From positions 1 to 43,075 of the forward strand of contig JBBTWC010000001.1 of NCBI GenBank assembly GCA_038062975.1: a stretch of DNA of 43,075 nucleotides, read 5' to 3'. This document shows, in pieces, positions 1 through 9,331 of this stretch (the first letter of the stretch is position 1; each line of letters begins with the position of its first letter). A program made the translations under genes and the position numbers. The DNA comes from Patescibacteria group bacterium. GTDB taxonomy: Bacteria > Patescibacteriota > Minisyncoccia > Moranbacterales > UBA1568. A model generated the notes under the pieces. That model worked only from the letters and a program-made list of their open reading frames with translations. It was not told where the DNA came from and made no database searches.

Positions 1-15
1 TTCCCGGCATCCCGA
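1..15 (+). tRNA. 3' end of a tRNA, most likely tRNA-Pro (partial, runs off the window)
   Basis: TT (end of T-loop), CCCGG (T-stem 3' strand), CATCCCG (acceptor 3' strand, complementary to the typical tRNA-Pro 5' end CGGGATG), then discriminator A. A terminator follows directly. Only 15 nt are visible and CCA is not encoded. Confidence 0.55.
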
Positions 16-25
16 CGTATGAATA

Positions 26-60
26 ACAAAAAACTCCTCTGTGGCAGAGGAGTTTTTTGT
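26..60. terminator. Bidirectional intrinsic terminator between the tRNA and rpmB
   Basis: Perfect 16-bp inverted repeat ACAAAAAACTCCTCTG-tgg-CAGAGGAGTTTTTTGT with U-tracts on both strands, between convergent genes. Confidence 0.85.
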
Positions 61-73
61 TTCAAGATCGGCT

Positions 74-250
74 TTATTTCGCGTCTTTTGCAAGAGTACG
101 GATAGCGCGGGTAGAAAGGCGCAATTTCATTCCTCCGAGACGCTTTGTCTGAAGGTTTATTTTGAACTTGCGACGAGTAGCAATGTTGGAGTGGCTCCGG
201 GAATTGCCTGTCTGTGTTCCGCGGCCGGTCATTTGGCACACTCGGCTCAT
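74..250 (-). CDS. rpmB: 50S ribosomal protein L28 (58 aa, not in the ORF track)
   Basis: Manual translation MSRVCQMTGRGTQTGNSRSHSNIATRRKFKINLQTKRLGGMKLRLSTRAIRTLAKDAK, with the classic L28 GN.RSHS..TRR.F..NLQ motif. Confidence 0.95.
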   Translation of the reverse strand: MSRVCQMTGRGTQTGNSRSHSNIATRRKFKINLQTKRLGGMKLRLSTRAIRTLAKDAK

Positions 251-260
251 AGGTTTACGG

Positions 261-289
261 TTGAGGAGTTACAGAAATGAGAGTATCAT
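261..289 (+). promoter_or_regulatory. Putative sigma70 promoter of the site-2 protease gene
   Basis: TTGAGG-17bp-TATCAT. Confidence 0.4.
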
Positions 290-308
290 ACAGAGGTAAC
301 TTTGGCAA
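280..308 (-). promoter_or_regulatory. Putative sigma70 promoter of rpmB
   Basis: Minus strand TTGCCA-17bp-TACTCT with an extended -10 TG. Confidence 0.5.
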
Positions 309-322
309 GACTCAAACTTATT

Positions 323-1048
323 ATGACAGCAGTTATTATACTTATCGGCTTTTATCTCGTCATTCTTTTGTATTCGGTTATTATTCACGAGGTCTCTCAT
401 GGAGTAGCGGCTCTCTTTTTGGGTGATCGAACAGCTCAGTATGCGGATCGGTTGAATCTTAATCCTGCAAAGCATGTAGATCCTTTTGGTTCTATCGTTT
501 TGCCTCTTATTCTGTTCATTTCTCAGTCACCGTTTTTGTTCGGCTGGGCGAAGCCGGTTCCATATAATCCCTATAATCTCCGGAATCAAAAATGGGGACC
601 GACGCTGGTAGCGCTCGCTGGCCCTGCTTCAAATCTTCTTTTGGCATCTTTGGCGGCACTTATTGCCAAACTTCTCCCACTTTCTTATTTGGCAAAGGTT
701 GATATTATCAGTCGTTTGTATGGGGTTATCGGCGGTGAGGGGAGTCTCTTTGATCGCTATAGCCTTTTATCTGAAGCACTTTCGGGATCTCTTCTCAGTA
801 TCTTTTTTGGCCTTTTGCTCATTGTTATTCTCTGGAATGTCGTCCTAGCGTGTTTCAATTTGTTACCTATTCCTCCTTTGGATGGCTCAAAATTGCTCTA
901 TGCGCTCCTTCCGCTCAAGGAACAGACGAAAGCTTTCCTAGAACAGTATGGACTTTTTATTTTGATTTTTGTGATTCTTTTTCTTTCCGGTCCGATCGGT
1001 ATTTTTATAGGAAGTGTTCTCAAAGGCTTCTTTACATTTACCTTGTAA
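323..1048 (+). CDS. Site-2 protease family (M50) membrane zinc metalloprotease
   Basis: HEVSH motif, AGPASN, FNLLPIPPLDG and multiple TM helices. ATG at 323 preferred over TTG at 302. Confidence 0.92.
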   Translation: MTAVIILIGFYLVILLYSVIIHEVSHGVAALFLGDRTAQYADRLNLNPAKHVDPFGSIVLPLILFISQSPFLFGWAKPVPYNPYNLRNQKWGPTLVALAGPASNLLLASLAALIAKLLPLSYLAKVDIISRLYGVIGGEGSLFDRYSLLSEALSGSLLSIFFGLLLIVILWNVVLACFNLLPIPPLDGSKLLYALLPLKEQTKAFLEQYGLFILIFVILFLSGPIGIFIGSVLKGFFTFTL

Positions 1049-1101
1049 GCCGGTATATTTCTCCTCTTGGGGAGGGGAAAGAGAGGGGGCAAGAATTCGA
1101 G

Positions 1102-1130
1102 TTGACAAGTTGAAAGCTTTCCGATACTAT
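1102..1130 (+). promoter_or_regulatory. sigma70 promoter of the str operon
   Basis: TTGACA-17bp-TACTAT, 90 bp upstream of rpsL. Confidence 0.8.
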
Positions 1131-1220
1131 AGCCAATACAGAAAAGCCAGAGGCTTTTTCTTTATTTGTCCTTGTTTTTGAATGATTTTTTCAATCCAGT
1201 CCTAATTTTATAGAAGTCCT

Positions 1221-1637
1221 GTGGCAACCATCAACCAGCTCATCAAGAAAAACCGTAAGTCTACCAAGAAGAAATCAAAGTCTCCTGCGATGACGTATTC
1301 TTTGAATACCGTAAAGAACCGCAATACGTATCATGAGAGCCCTTTTAAGCGTGGAGTATGTCTCAAGGTTTCTACTCAGACTCCAAAGAAGCCAAACTCC
1401 GCTCTTCGTAAAATTGCTCGTGTACGTCTCACGAACGGAATGGAAGTAACAGCCTATATTCCAGGAGAAGGACACAACCTTCAGGAGCACTCGATTGTTA
1501 TGATCCGTGGAGGACGCGTAAAAGATCTTCCAGGTGTGCGCTACCACGTTGTACGCGGAGTGTTTGACTCAGCTGGTGTGAAGCGTCAACAGAGTCGTTC
1601 GAAGTATGGAGCCAAGAAGGAAAAGAAGAAGGATTAG
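1221..1637 (+). CDS. rpsL: 30S ribosomal protein S12
   Basis: [28 protein letters not shown]; GTG start. Confidence 0.99.
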   Translation: MATINQLIKKNRKSTKKKSKSPAMTYSLNTVKNRNTYHESPFKRGVCLKVSTQTPKKPNSALRKIARVRLTNGMEVTAYIPGEGHNLQEHSIVMIRGGRVKDLPGVRYHVVRGVFDSAGVKRQQSRSKYGAKKEKKKD

Positions 1638-1656
1638 TATTGAAACTTTTTAGAAT

Positions 1657-2124
1657 ATGCCACGTAGAAAGAGACAATTTCATCGCGAATGGAAGGCGGA
1701 CGCTGTCTATGACAATCCGTTGGTTGGTCATTTTATCGGTATGATTATGTGGAACGGCAAGAAGAGTATTGCCGAGAGAATCATATACGATGCTTTTGAT
1801 ATTATTTACGACCGAACCAAAAAGGCTGGTCTCAATACTTTTGAGCAGGCTATCAAGAACGTTTCTCCTCTGCTCCAGCTGAAGAGTCGTCGTGTTGGTG
1901 GTGCAAACTATCAGGTTCCAGTTCCTGTTTCTGGAGAGCGTCGTCAGGTATTGGCTATGCGCTGGGTACGTGACGCATGTCGTCTTCGCAAAGGAAAGAG
2001 TATGGCTGAAAAGCTGGCTGACGAACTTATCGACGCTTCAAACAAGACTGGGACAGCTATGAAGAAGCGTGAAGATACGCACCGTATGGCAGAAGCAAAC
2101 AAGGCCTTTGCTCACTTCGCTTAG
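1657..2124 (+). CDS. rpsG: 30S ribosomal protein S7
   Basis: SRRVGGANYQVP, HRMAEANKAFAH. Confidence 0.99.
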   Translation: MPRRKRQFHREWKADAVYDNPLVGHFIGMIMWNGKKSIAERIIYDAFDIIYDRTKKAGLNTFEQAIKNVSPLLQLKSRRVGGANYQVPVPVSGERRQVLAMRWVRDACRLRKGKSMAEKLADELIDASNKTGTAMKKREDTHRMAEANKAFAHFA

Positions 2125-2154
2125 TCTTCCTCATACAAGATACGAGAGAGGTGT

Positions 2155-2433
2155 ATGGATCATAAAAATGAAACAGCACTTCGAGAGTTGCTCGCAGCCT
2201 CGCCTGTCCTGATTGGAGAAACATACGTGCACTACAAAGATTTGGAGAAGGTGTATCTCGTTACGGATGTTGTGATAACAGAAGCTGATAATACTGTTTC
2301 GATAGTGTATAAAGCTTTATCCGGAGATACAGAAGGAATTTCCTTTGTCAGACCACTCTACGAATTTCAAGAATGGCTTTCATTTCCTGGGGGAAATTCT
2401 GTACAAAGATTTTCTCTTGTGACTGTGAAATAA
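2155..2433 (+). CDS. DUF1653-like small protein
   Basis: Y.HYK...Y.V, V.Y.AL, FVRP..EF and C-terminal RF, the pattern of DUF1653. Confidence 0.75.
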   Translation: MDHKNETALRELLAASPVLIGETYVHYKDLEKVYLVTDVVITEADNTVSIVYKALSGDTEGISFVRPLYEFQEWLSFPGGNSVQRFSLVTVK

Positions 2434-2463
2434 TATTTTTTATCAAGTACAAAAAGTATACTT

Positions 2464-4569
2464 ATGGACCGAAAGATCCCTATCGAGAAATGTCGTAATA
2501 TTGGAATCATTGCTCATATTGACGCTGGGAAGACTACAACCACCGAGCGTGTTTTGTTTTACACGGGTATTACTCACAAGATTGGAGAAGTGCACGAAGG
2601 TGAGGCAACGATGGACTGGATGGAGCAGGAACAAGAGCGTGGTATTACGATTACTTCAGCAGCGACTACTTGTTTTTGGAAGGATCACCAAATAAATATT
2701 ATCGATACTCCTGGACACGTAGACTTCACAGTAGAAGTAGAGCGTTCACTCCGTGTTTTGGATGGAGGAGTCGTTGTCTTTGACGGAAAAGAAGGTGTAG
2801 AACCACAGTCAGAAACGGTATGGCGTCAGGCTGACAAGTATGATGTTCCTCGTATCTGTTTTATTAATAAGATCGACAAAGAAGGCGCTGTTTTTGACGA
2901 CGCTTTTAACTCTATTGGAAATCGTTTGACTCCAAATGCGGTAGCTGTTCAGCTTCCTATGGGAGAGCGCGGAGACTTTTACGGTGTTATCGATTTGATG
3001 AAAATGAAGTCATACACCTTCAGCGGTGCTATGGGAGAAATCGTTACCGAAGCAGAAATCCCAGCTGAATTCTTGGACAATGCGAAGGCATGGCGTGAAA
3101 AGATGGTAGAGAAAATTTCAGAAACAGATGATGCTCTTACGGAGAAGTATTTGTCCGGTGAAGAAATCAGTGTTGAAGAATTGAAGAAGGCTTTGCGTCA
3201 GGCCGTTATTGCTGTGCGTCTCTTCCCAGTGTTTACAGGAACCGCTCTTCGGAACAAAGGTGTCCAGCTTGTCTTGGATGGTGTTGTAGACTACCTCCCA
3301 TCTCCAATCGATATCCCACCAATCAAGGCGATTGATCCAAAGACAGACGCTGAAGTGGAGCGTAAGACGAATGATGAAGCAAAGTTTTCTGCTTTGGCTT
3401 TCAAAGTTGCAACTGATCCTTTTGTTGGACAGCTAACATTCTTCCGTGTGTATTCTGGTACCGTGAAGGCTGGTTCGTATGTGCTCAACTCAACCAAGGG
3501 TGAGAAGGAGCGTATCGGACGCATTCTTCGTATGCATGCCAATCACCGTGAAGAAATTGAAGAACTCGGCTCAGGAGATATCGGAGCACTTGTGGGTATG
3601 AAATCAACAACCACCGGAGATACTCTGTGTGATATCGATAGCCCAGTTATTCTTGAATCTATTACTTTCCCAGAGCCTGTTATTGACATTGCTATTGAGC
3701 CAAAGACGAAAGCTGACCAAGAAAAAATGGGCGTTGCTTTGAAGAAGTTGATGGAAGAAGATCCAACATTCCGTGTTAGAAGTGATGCAGAAACCGCTCA
3801 AACAATTCTTTCTGGAATGGGAGAGTTGCACCTCGACATCTTGGTAGATCGCATGAAGCGTGAATTCAAAGTAGAGGTAAATGTGGGTCGTCCACAGGTA
3901 GCCTATCGCGAAACGATTCGCGCCCAGGCTGAAGCTGAAGGGAAGTATATTCGTCAGTCAGGTGGTCGTGGTCAGTACGGACACTGTTGGTTGCGCGTTG
4001 TTCCAAGAGAACCAGGAGAAGGATACGAATTCCTCGATGAGATTAAGGGTGGTGCTATTCCTCAGGAATTCATCAAGCCGATTGATAAGGGAATTCAGGA
4101 AGCTATGGAAACGGGTGTTCTTGCTGGGTACCCAATGGTAGACATTGGAGTAACCGTATACGACGGATCCTATCACGACGTTGACTCCTCAGAATCTGCC
4201 TTCCGTATTGCTGGATCTATGGCCTTTAAAGAGGCTTGTCGTAAGGCAAAGCCTATTATCCTCGAACCAGTGATGAAGGTAGCAGTGACGACTCCAGAGA
4301 GCTTTATGGGAGATATCGTAGGAGACCTTTCTTCGAAGCGTGGTGTCATCAAGGAGATGATTGCTCGTGGAGAAGGGGCAACAGCAGTCAAGGAAATCCA
4401 TGCTGAAGTACCACTTTCTTCCATGTTTGGCTACGCTACCCAGATGCGTTCTATGTCTCAGGGACGAGCGAGTTATGCCATGGAATTTGGTCATTATGCA
4501 GAAGTTCCAAGTAATGTGGCTCAGGAAATCATCGGAAGTAGGCAACCAGCCGGAGCAGAGGCTAAGTAG
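2464..4569 (+). CDS. fusA: Elongation factor G
   Basis: [33 protein letters not shown]. Confidence 0.99.
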   Translation: MDRKIPIEKCRNIGIIAHIDAGKTTTTERVLFYTGITHKIGEVHEGEATMDWMEQEQERGITITSAATTCFWKDHQINIIDTPGHVDFTVEVERSLRVLDGGVVVFDGKEGVEPQSETVWRQADKYDVPRICFINKIDKEGAVFDDAFNSIGNRLTPNAVAVQLPMGERGDFYGVIDLMKMKSYTFSGAMGEIVTEAEIPAEFLDNAKAWREKMVEKISETDDALTEKYLSGEEISVEELKKALRQAVIAVRLFPVFTGTALRNKGVQLVLDGVVDYLPSPIDIPPIKAIDPKTDAEVERKTNDEAKFSALAFKVATDPFVGQLTFFRVYSGTVKAGSYVLNSTKGEKERIGRILRMHANHREEIEELGSGDIGALVGMKSTTTGDTLCDIDSPVILESITFPEPVIDIAIEPKTKADQEKMGVALKKLMEEDPTFRVRSDAETAQTILSGMGELHLDILVDRMKREFKVEVNVGRPQVAYRETIRAQAEAEGKYIRQSGGRGQYGHCWLRVVPREPGEGYEFLDEIKGGAIPQEFIKPIDKGIQEAMETGVLAGYPMVDIGVTVYDGSYHDVDSSESAFRIAGSMAFKEACRKAKPIILEPVMKVAVTTPESFMGDIVGDLSSKRGVIKEMIARGEGATAVKEIHAEVPLSSMFGYATQMRSMSQGRASYAMEFGHYAEVPSNVAQEIIGSRQPAGAEAK

Positions 4570-4593
4570 AAGCCTTTTTCGCAAAACGGAAAC

Positions 4594-4622
4594 TTGACAG
4601 GTATAAAAGATATTGATACTAT
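4594..4622 (+). promoter_or_regulatory. Internal sigma70 promoter for tuf
   Basis: TTGACA-17bp-TACTAT with an extended -10 TG; same hexamers as the rpsL promoter. Confidence 0.8.
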
Positions 4623-4712
4623 ACCTATCGACGCTTTTCCCAAGCTTTTTTCGTTTTTGAAGAAAGAGAGGAGAACAATTAGTAAAAATAATTTACGTAA
4701 CTTATTAGGGTT

Positions 4713-5903
4713 ATGGCAGAGCAATTTCAGCGCACCAAGCCTCACGTTAACGTTGGTACTATTGGCCACGTTGACCACGGCAAGACAACTTTGACAGCCG
4801 CTATTCTTCATGTTTTGAGCATGAAAGGATTGGCCAAGGAGAAGTCAATAAACGAAATCGACAAGGCTCCAGAAGAGCGCGAGCGTGGTATTACCATCGC
4901 TACTGCTCACTGTGAGTATGAGTCAGATAACCGTCACTACGCACACGTAGACTGTCCTGGACACGCCGACTATATCAAGAACATGATTACCGGTGCTGCT
5001 CAGATGGACGGTGCTATCTTGGTAGTTTCTGCTACTGATGGTCCTATGCCACAGACTCGCGAGCACATTCTTTTGGCTCGTCAGGTTGGTGTACCAGCTA
5101 TCGTTGTTTTCTTGAACAAAGTAGACATGGTAGATGACGCAGAACTCGTTGACCTCGTTGAAGCTGAAGTTCGTGAACTCCTTTCAAAATATGAGTTTGA
5201 TGGTGATAACGCTATCGTTGTTCGTGGAAGTGCTTTGAAGGCTCTTGAAGCGAAGACTCCTGAGGAAGAAGCTGCTAAGCCAATCTTTGATTTGATGGCC
5301 GCTTTGGATACTCAGATCCCAGATCCAGTTCGTGATACTGAAAAGCCATTTTTGATGCCTATCGAAGATATCTTCTCAATTGAAGGACGTGGAACAGTAG
5401 TTACTGGTCGTATCGAGCGTGGTACTATCAACGTAAACGAAGAAGTTGAAATCGTTGGTCTCCGCGATACTGTAAAGACAGTAGTAACCGGAATCGAAAT
5501 GTTCAACAAGTCTCTTCCAAACGGTACTGCTGGTGATAACGCTGGTCTCTTGATCCGTGGTATTAAGAAAGAAGATGTCGAGCGTGGACAGGTACTCGCA
5601 AAGACTGGTTCTATCAAGCCTCATACTGAATTTGACTGTGAAGTATATATCCTTTCAAAGGAAGAAGGTGGTCGCCATACTCCATTCTTTAAGGGGTACA
5701 AGCCTCAGTTCTACATCCGTACTACTGATGTAACTGGAGAAGTAGAACTTCCAGAAGGAACAGAAATGGTTATGCCTGGTGATACTGTGACTCTTAAGGT
5801 AAAACTTTTGGCTCCAGTAGCTATGGAAGACGGTGTACGCTTCGCTATTCGTGAAGGTGGCCGTACTGTAGGTGCCGGTGTTGTAACAAAGATCTTGAAG
5901 TAA
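4713..5903 (+). CDS. tuf: Elongation factor Tu
   Basis: [31 protein letters not shown]. Confidence 0.99.
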   Translation: MAEQFQRTKPHVNVGTIGHVDHGKTTLTAAILHVLSMKGLAKEKSINEIDKAPEERERGITIATAHCEYESDNRHYAHVDCPGHADYIKNMITGAAQMDGAILVVSATDGPMPQTREHILLARQVGVPAIVVFLNKVDMVDDAELVDLVEAEVRELLSKYEFDGDNAIVVRGSALKALEAKTPEEEAAKPIFDLMAALDTQIPDPVRDTEKPFLMPIEDIFSIEGRGTVVTGRIERGTINVNEEVEIVGLRDTVKTVVTGIEMFNKSLPNGTAGDNAGLLIRGIKKEDVERGQVLAKTGSIKPHTEFDCEVYILSKEEGGRHTPFFKGYKPQFYIRTTDVTGEVELPEGTEMVMPGDTVTLKVKLLAPVAMEDGVRFAIREGGRTVGAGVVTKILK

Positions 5904-5919
5904 GCTTCGAGTGAATACA

Positions 5920-5949
5920 GTAGAGAGGAGTAACTGTACTCCTCTCTAC
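5920..5949 (+). other. Strong hairpin after tuf (stabiliser, processing site or atypical terminator)
   Basis: Perfect 13-bp stem GTAGAGAGGAGTA-actg-TACTCCTCTCTAC with no clean U-tract. Confidence 0.6.
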
Positions 5950-5996
5950 GAATATTCTCTTGAATATATCAGAGAAGAAATAGTATAAACGATACA

Positions 5997-6323
5997 ATGA
6001 AAAAGACCGAAAGCGCTCCAAGTATGCGCGTCAGAATCAAGATTAAGGCATACGATCATAAGGTGATCGACCAGTCTGCACGTAAGATTGTCGAAACCGC
6101 TGAACGTACAGGTGCTGAGATCACGGGTCCTGTCCCGCTTCCAACAGAAATCCACAAGGTAACAGTAAACCGCTCTACCTTTGTCCATAAGAACTCGCGA
6201 GATCAGTACGAAATGCGTGTTCATAAGAGACTTATTGATATCGTCAATCCAACAGCAAAAACGATTGATAATCTCACGAGTTTGGATCTCCCAGCAGGAG
6301 TAGATGTAGAAATAAAAATGTAG
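5997..6323 (+). CDS. rpsJ: 30S ribosomal protein S10
   Basis: [32 protein letters not shown]. Confidence 0.99.
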   Translation: MKKTESAPSMRVRIKIKAYDHKVIDQSARKIVETAERTGAEITGPVPLPTEIHKVTVNRSTFVHKNSRDQYEMRVHKRLIDIVNPTAKTIDNLTSLDLPAGVDVEIKM

Positions 6324-6336
6324 TACTCGTTCAAGT

Positions 6337-6453
6337 CTTTCCCTCATTTCTGGTAACGGTTGGAGGAGGAGGATACTAGGCGGGCCAGGGTTTGAAAAAA
6401 CCATAAACTGGCTGTGCTCAAGTCAGTTTTTTATTTAGATAAATGAGAGAAAG
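6337..6453 (+). ncRNA. Candidate structured cis-regulatory RNA between rpsJ and rplC
   Basis: Closing stem 6337-6349/6441-6453, GAAA-capped hairpin 6389-6402, terminator-like hairpin 6405-6429 followed by Ts. Confidence 0.4.
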
Positions 6454-6469
6454 CAGTTTACATACCGAT

Positions 6470-7072
6470 ATGAAATTCTTGATTGGAAAAAAACTTGGAA
6501 TGACGACGCTCTTTGATGAAACAAAGGGTGCCTTGAATGTCACGCTTATTTCTTTTACAGAGAACAAAGTGACGGCTACTCGTTCCATGGAAAAGAATCA
6601 GTATATCGCGGTTCAAGTAGAGACTGCCAAGACATCAAAGAAAACGGTTCGCCGAGAATTTCGTCTTGATAAGAATGGTCCAAAGGATACTGAAGATCTT
6701 TCGAAGGTATTGGAGCAGTATGCAGAAGGGACCGCTCTTTCTATCGATCAGTTTGAGGTTGGTGAGAAAGTAAACATTTCTGGTATTACGAAAGCCAAAG
6801 GTTTCCAGGGTGTTGTGAAGCGATACAACTTCCGCGGAGCTCCAGCGAGTCATGGACGAAAGCACGATATGCGAAAGCCAGGATCTATTGGAGCAACATT
6901 CCCAGAACACGTTATCAAGGGTCGCAGAATGGCTGGTCGCATGGGCGGAGAAAACATGACTGTTCGCAATCTCTCAGTAGTGTACGTGAATCCTTCGGAA
7001 GGTCTCATCGGTGTACGCGGGGCTGTGCCTGGAGTGAATGGACGCATCGTCAAAGTGATGACCACGAAGTAA
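6470..7072 (+). CDS. rplC: 50S ribosomal protein L3
   Basis: GKKLGMT, KGFQGVVKR, PGSIG, MAGRMG, GAVPG. Start taken at ATG 6470. Confidence 0.98.
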   Translation: MKFLIGKKLGMTTLFDETKGALNVTLISFTENKVTATRSMEKNQYIAVQVETAKTSKKTVRREFRLDKNGPKDTEDLSKVLEQYAEGTALSIDQFEVGEKVNISGITKAKGFQGVVKRYNFRGAPASHGRKHDMRKPGSIGATFPEHVIKGRRMAGRMGGENMTVRNLSVVYVNPSEGLIGVRGAVPGVNGRIVKVMTTK

Positions 7073-7091
7073 AGAAACTATTTTCAAAGAT

Positions 7092-7733
7092 ATGCTGAAG
7101 GTACAGGTAAAAGACATTGCTGGTAAAGACGTCAAAGAGATTACTCTCAAAGAGTCTGTTTTTGGTCTGCCTTCAAACGATGCTCTTTTACACCAAGTGT
7201 ACGTTATCCTTTCTGGAAACCAGCGTACTGCTATTGCTCATACCAAAGATCGTAGTGAACGTGCTGGATCCGGTCGTAAGCCATGGCGTCAGAAGGGGAC
7301 TGGACGTGCTCGTGTGGGACAGGTACGAAGTCCAATTTGGCGTAAAGGTGGTGTCACCTTTGGACCAACAAAGGATCGTAATTTTTCAAAGAATTCAAAC
7401 GCCAAGATGCGCCAGAAGGCCGTTATGGTTGCTCTCTCTGAAAAGATACGCTCCGGAAAATTTATTGTCCTCGATGCTCTTTCTTTCTCTGACCCAAAGA
7501 CAAAGTTATTTGTTGAATCAGTGAAGGCTCTTGGGATTACTGGAAAGAGTTTGACCGTTGGGTTTATCCAGGAAGAGCAGGCAGTAGCTCGCATGAGTAG
7601 CAATGTAAAGAAGGTGGGAAGTACGCTCGTAGAGAATATGAATGTTTTGGAACTCCTCGATCGCGAATACGTTATTGTATCAGTTGCTGGTATCAAGCGT
7701 TTGGAAGAGCGCTTTGCTAAGTGGGAGAAATAA
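7092..7733 (+). CDS. rplD: 50S ribosomal protein L4
   Basis: KPWRQKGTGRAR, SPIWRKGGVTFGP. Confidence 0.98.
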   Translation: MLKVQVKDIAGKDVKEITLKESVFGLPSNDALLHQVYVILSGNQRTAIAHTKDRSERAGSGRKPWRQKGTGRARVGQVRSPIWRKGGVTFGPTKDRNFSKNSNAKMRQKAVMVALSEKIRSGKFIVLDALSFSDPKTKLFVESVKALGITGKSLTVGFIQEEQAVARMSSNVKKVGSTLVENMNVLELLDREYVIVSVAGIKRLEERFAKWEK

Positions 7734-7742
7734 AGAACGAAT

Positions 7743-8126
7743 ATGGCTATTTTCACCAAAACAACTGAAGAGAAAGAAGAGAAGAAGGCTCCTGCCAAGA
7801 AAGCTGTGAAGAAGCTTGTAGGAAAGGAAAGTCCTTTAGCTGCTCGTGTTCTTCTTCGTCCTCGTATTACAGAAAAAGCGTATGCTATGAATGCTGAGAA
7901 CAAGTTTGTTTTTCAGGTTTCAAAGGAAGCTACAAAGCGTTCTGTAAAGCAAGCTGTTGAAGAAGCATACGGAGTATCTGTCCTCGATGTGAATATTGTT
8001 CGCCTCCCAGCCAAGCGCCGTGTTTTCGGACGGACTCAGCAAGTGGGATACAAAAATGGAGTAAAGAAAGCAATTGTAAAAGTAGCAGAAGGACAGACGA
8101 TAGAATTATTTAAGGGCGGTATCTAA
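7743..8126 (+). CDS. rplW: 50S ribosomal protein L23 with a Lys/Glu-rich N-terminal extension
   Basis: P.ITEKA, F.V...ATK, KKAIV; expected operon position. Confidence 0.96.
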   Translation: MAIFTKTTEEKEEKKAPAKKAVKKLVGKESPLAARVLLRPRITEKAYAMNAENKFVFQVSKEATKRSVKQAVEEAYGVSVLDVNIVRLPAKRRVFGRTQQVGYKNGVKKAIVKVAEGQTIELFKGGI

Positions 8127-8141
8127 AGAGCGTAGAAGCAT

Positions 8142-8969
8142 ATGGCAATTAAGATCTACAAAAAGAATAGTGCTGGCCGCCGCAACATGTCGGTGGTAAA
8201 GCCAGATGGCGTAACGGAGCGAGCTCCGGAGAAGTCTCTTTTGGCACCACTGAAGAAGAAAGCTGGTCGTTCACACGGAAAGATTTCTGTACGTCACCAA
8301 GGTGGTGGACACAAGCGTCGTTATCGTTTGGTGGACTTCCGTCAGAACAAATTTGATATTCCTGGAAAAGTAGCCAGTATTGAGAAGGATCCAAACCGTT
8401 CTGGTTTGATTGCTTTGGTTCATTATGCTGATGGAGAAAAGCGCTATATCCTTGCAACGCATACTATGCGCGCAGGAGACACTATTATTTCTGGAGAGAA
8501 TGTTCCAGTAGCCAATGGCAATCGTCTTCCTTTGAAAAATATCCCACCAGGAACGACTATCTGTAACATTGAGATGAAGATTGGAAAGGGTGGACAGATT
8601 ATCCGGAGTGCTGGTGCTCAAGCAACGCTTATGGCCCTTGATGGTCCTATGGCTCAGGTGAAGCTCACTTCTGGTGAAATCCGCTTGATTAGCAAAGAGT
8701 GCTATGCTACGCTCGGACAAGTCAGTAACTTCGAACACAGCGCTGAAATTATCGGAAAAGCTGGCCGTGGTCGCTGGAAGAACAAGCGTCCAGGTGTCCG
8801 TGGTTCTGCTATGAACCCGGTAGACCATCCACACGGTGGAGGAGAAGGTGCGCAGCCGATTGGTATGCATCCGAAGACTCCATGGGGTAAGCCGGCTCTC
8901 GGTAAGAAGACCCGTAGCAAGAAGCATCAGAGCAACAAATACATTATCAAGCGAAGATTCAAGAAATAA
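8142..8969 (+). CDS. rplB: 50S ribosomal protein L2
   Basis: [31 protein letters not shown]. Confidence 0.99.
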   Translation: MAIKIYKKNSAGRRNMSVVKPDGVTERAPEKSLLAPLKKKAGRSHGKISVRHQGGGHKRRYRLVDFRQNKFDIPGKVASIEKDPNRSGLIALVHYADGEKRYILATHTMRAGDTIISGENVPVANGNRLPLKNIPPGTTICNIEMKIGKGGQIIRSAGAQATLMALDGPMAQVKLTSGEIRLISKECYATLGQVSNFEHSAEIIGKAGRGRWKNKRPGVRGSAMNPVDHPHGGGEGAQPIGMHPKTPWGKPALGKKTRSKKHQSNKYIIKRRFKK

Positions 8970-8981
8970 TCCAGGGAACTT

Positions 8982-9323
8982 ATGTCACGCAGTCTCAAAA
9001 AAGGTCCATACGTTGATCCACGCGTCCTCAAGAAAATTGAAGGAAAGAAGCTTGGCGACCGCGAAGTTATCAAGACCTGGTCACGCGCCTGTGTTATTGC
9101 TCCTGAAATGGTTGGATTTACCTTCGGAGTACACAATGGACGGGACCATATATCCGTATTTGTGACTGAAGAAATGGTAGGACATCGTTTGGGAGAATTT
9201 TCTCCAACACGCAAGTTTACCCGCCATGGTGGAAAGATGCAGAAAGAAATGGAACAGGCTTCGAAACAAAGAGAGCTTGATGCAGCCAAGGCTGCAAAGG
9301 CTTCTACTGCCGCTAAGAAATAG
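8982..9323 (+). CDS. rpsS: 30S ribosomal protein S19 with a C-terminal extension
   Basis: [29 protein letters not shown]. Confidence 0.99.
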   Translation: MSRSLKKGPYVDPRVLKKIEGKKLGDREVIKTWSRACVIAPEMVGFTFGVHNGRDHISVFVTEEMVGHRLGEFSPTRKFTRHGGKMQKEMEQASKQRELDAAKAAKASTAAKK

Positions 9324-9331
9324 TCTCGTAT

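Noticed and set aside
41-280. 79-aa plus-strand ORF
   Set aside because: Antisense shadow of rpmB, starting inside a terminator hairpin
1058-1080. Hairpin TTTCTCCTC/GAGGGGAAA after the protease gene as a terminator
   Set aside because: No U-tract on the coding strand; role uncertain
6324-6469. rpsJ-rplC spacer as SRP RNA, tRNA or 6S RNA
   Set aside because: No SRP helix-8 motif, no cloverleaf, and no evident promoter of its own
7289-8927. Long antisense ORFs (204 and 218 aa) over rplD-rplW and rplB
   Set aside because: Shadows of conserved, codon-biased genes with no recognisable motifs; the same applies to the other short overlapping ORFs in the track
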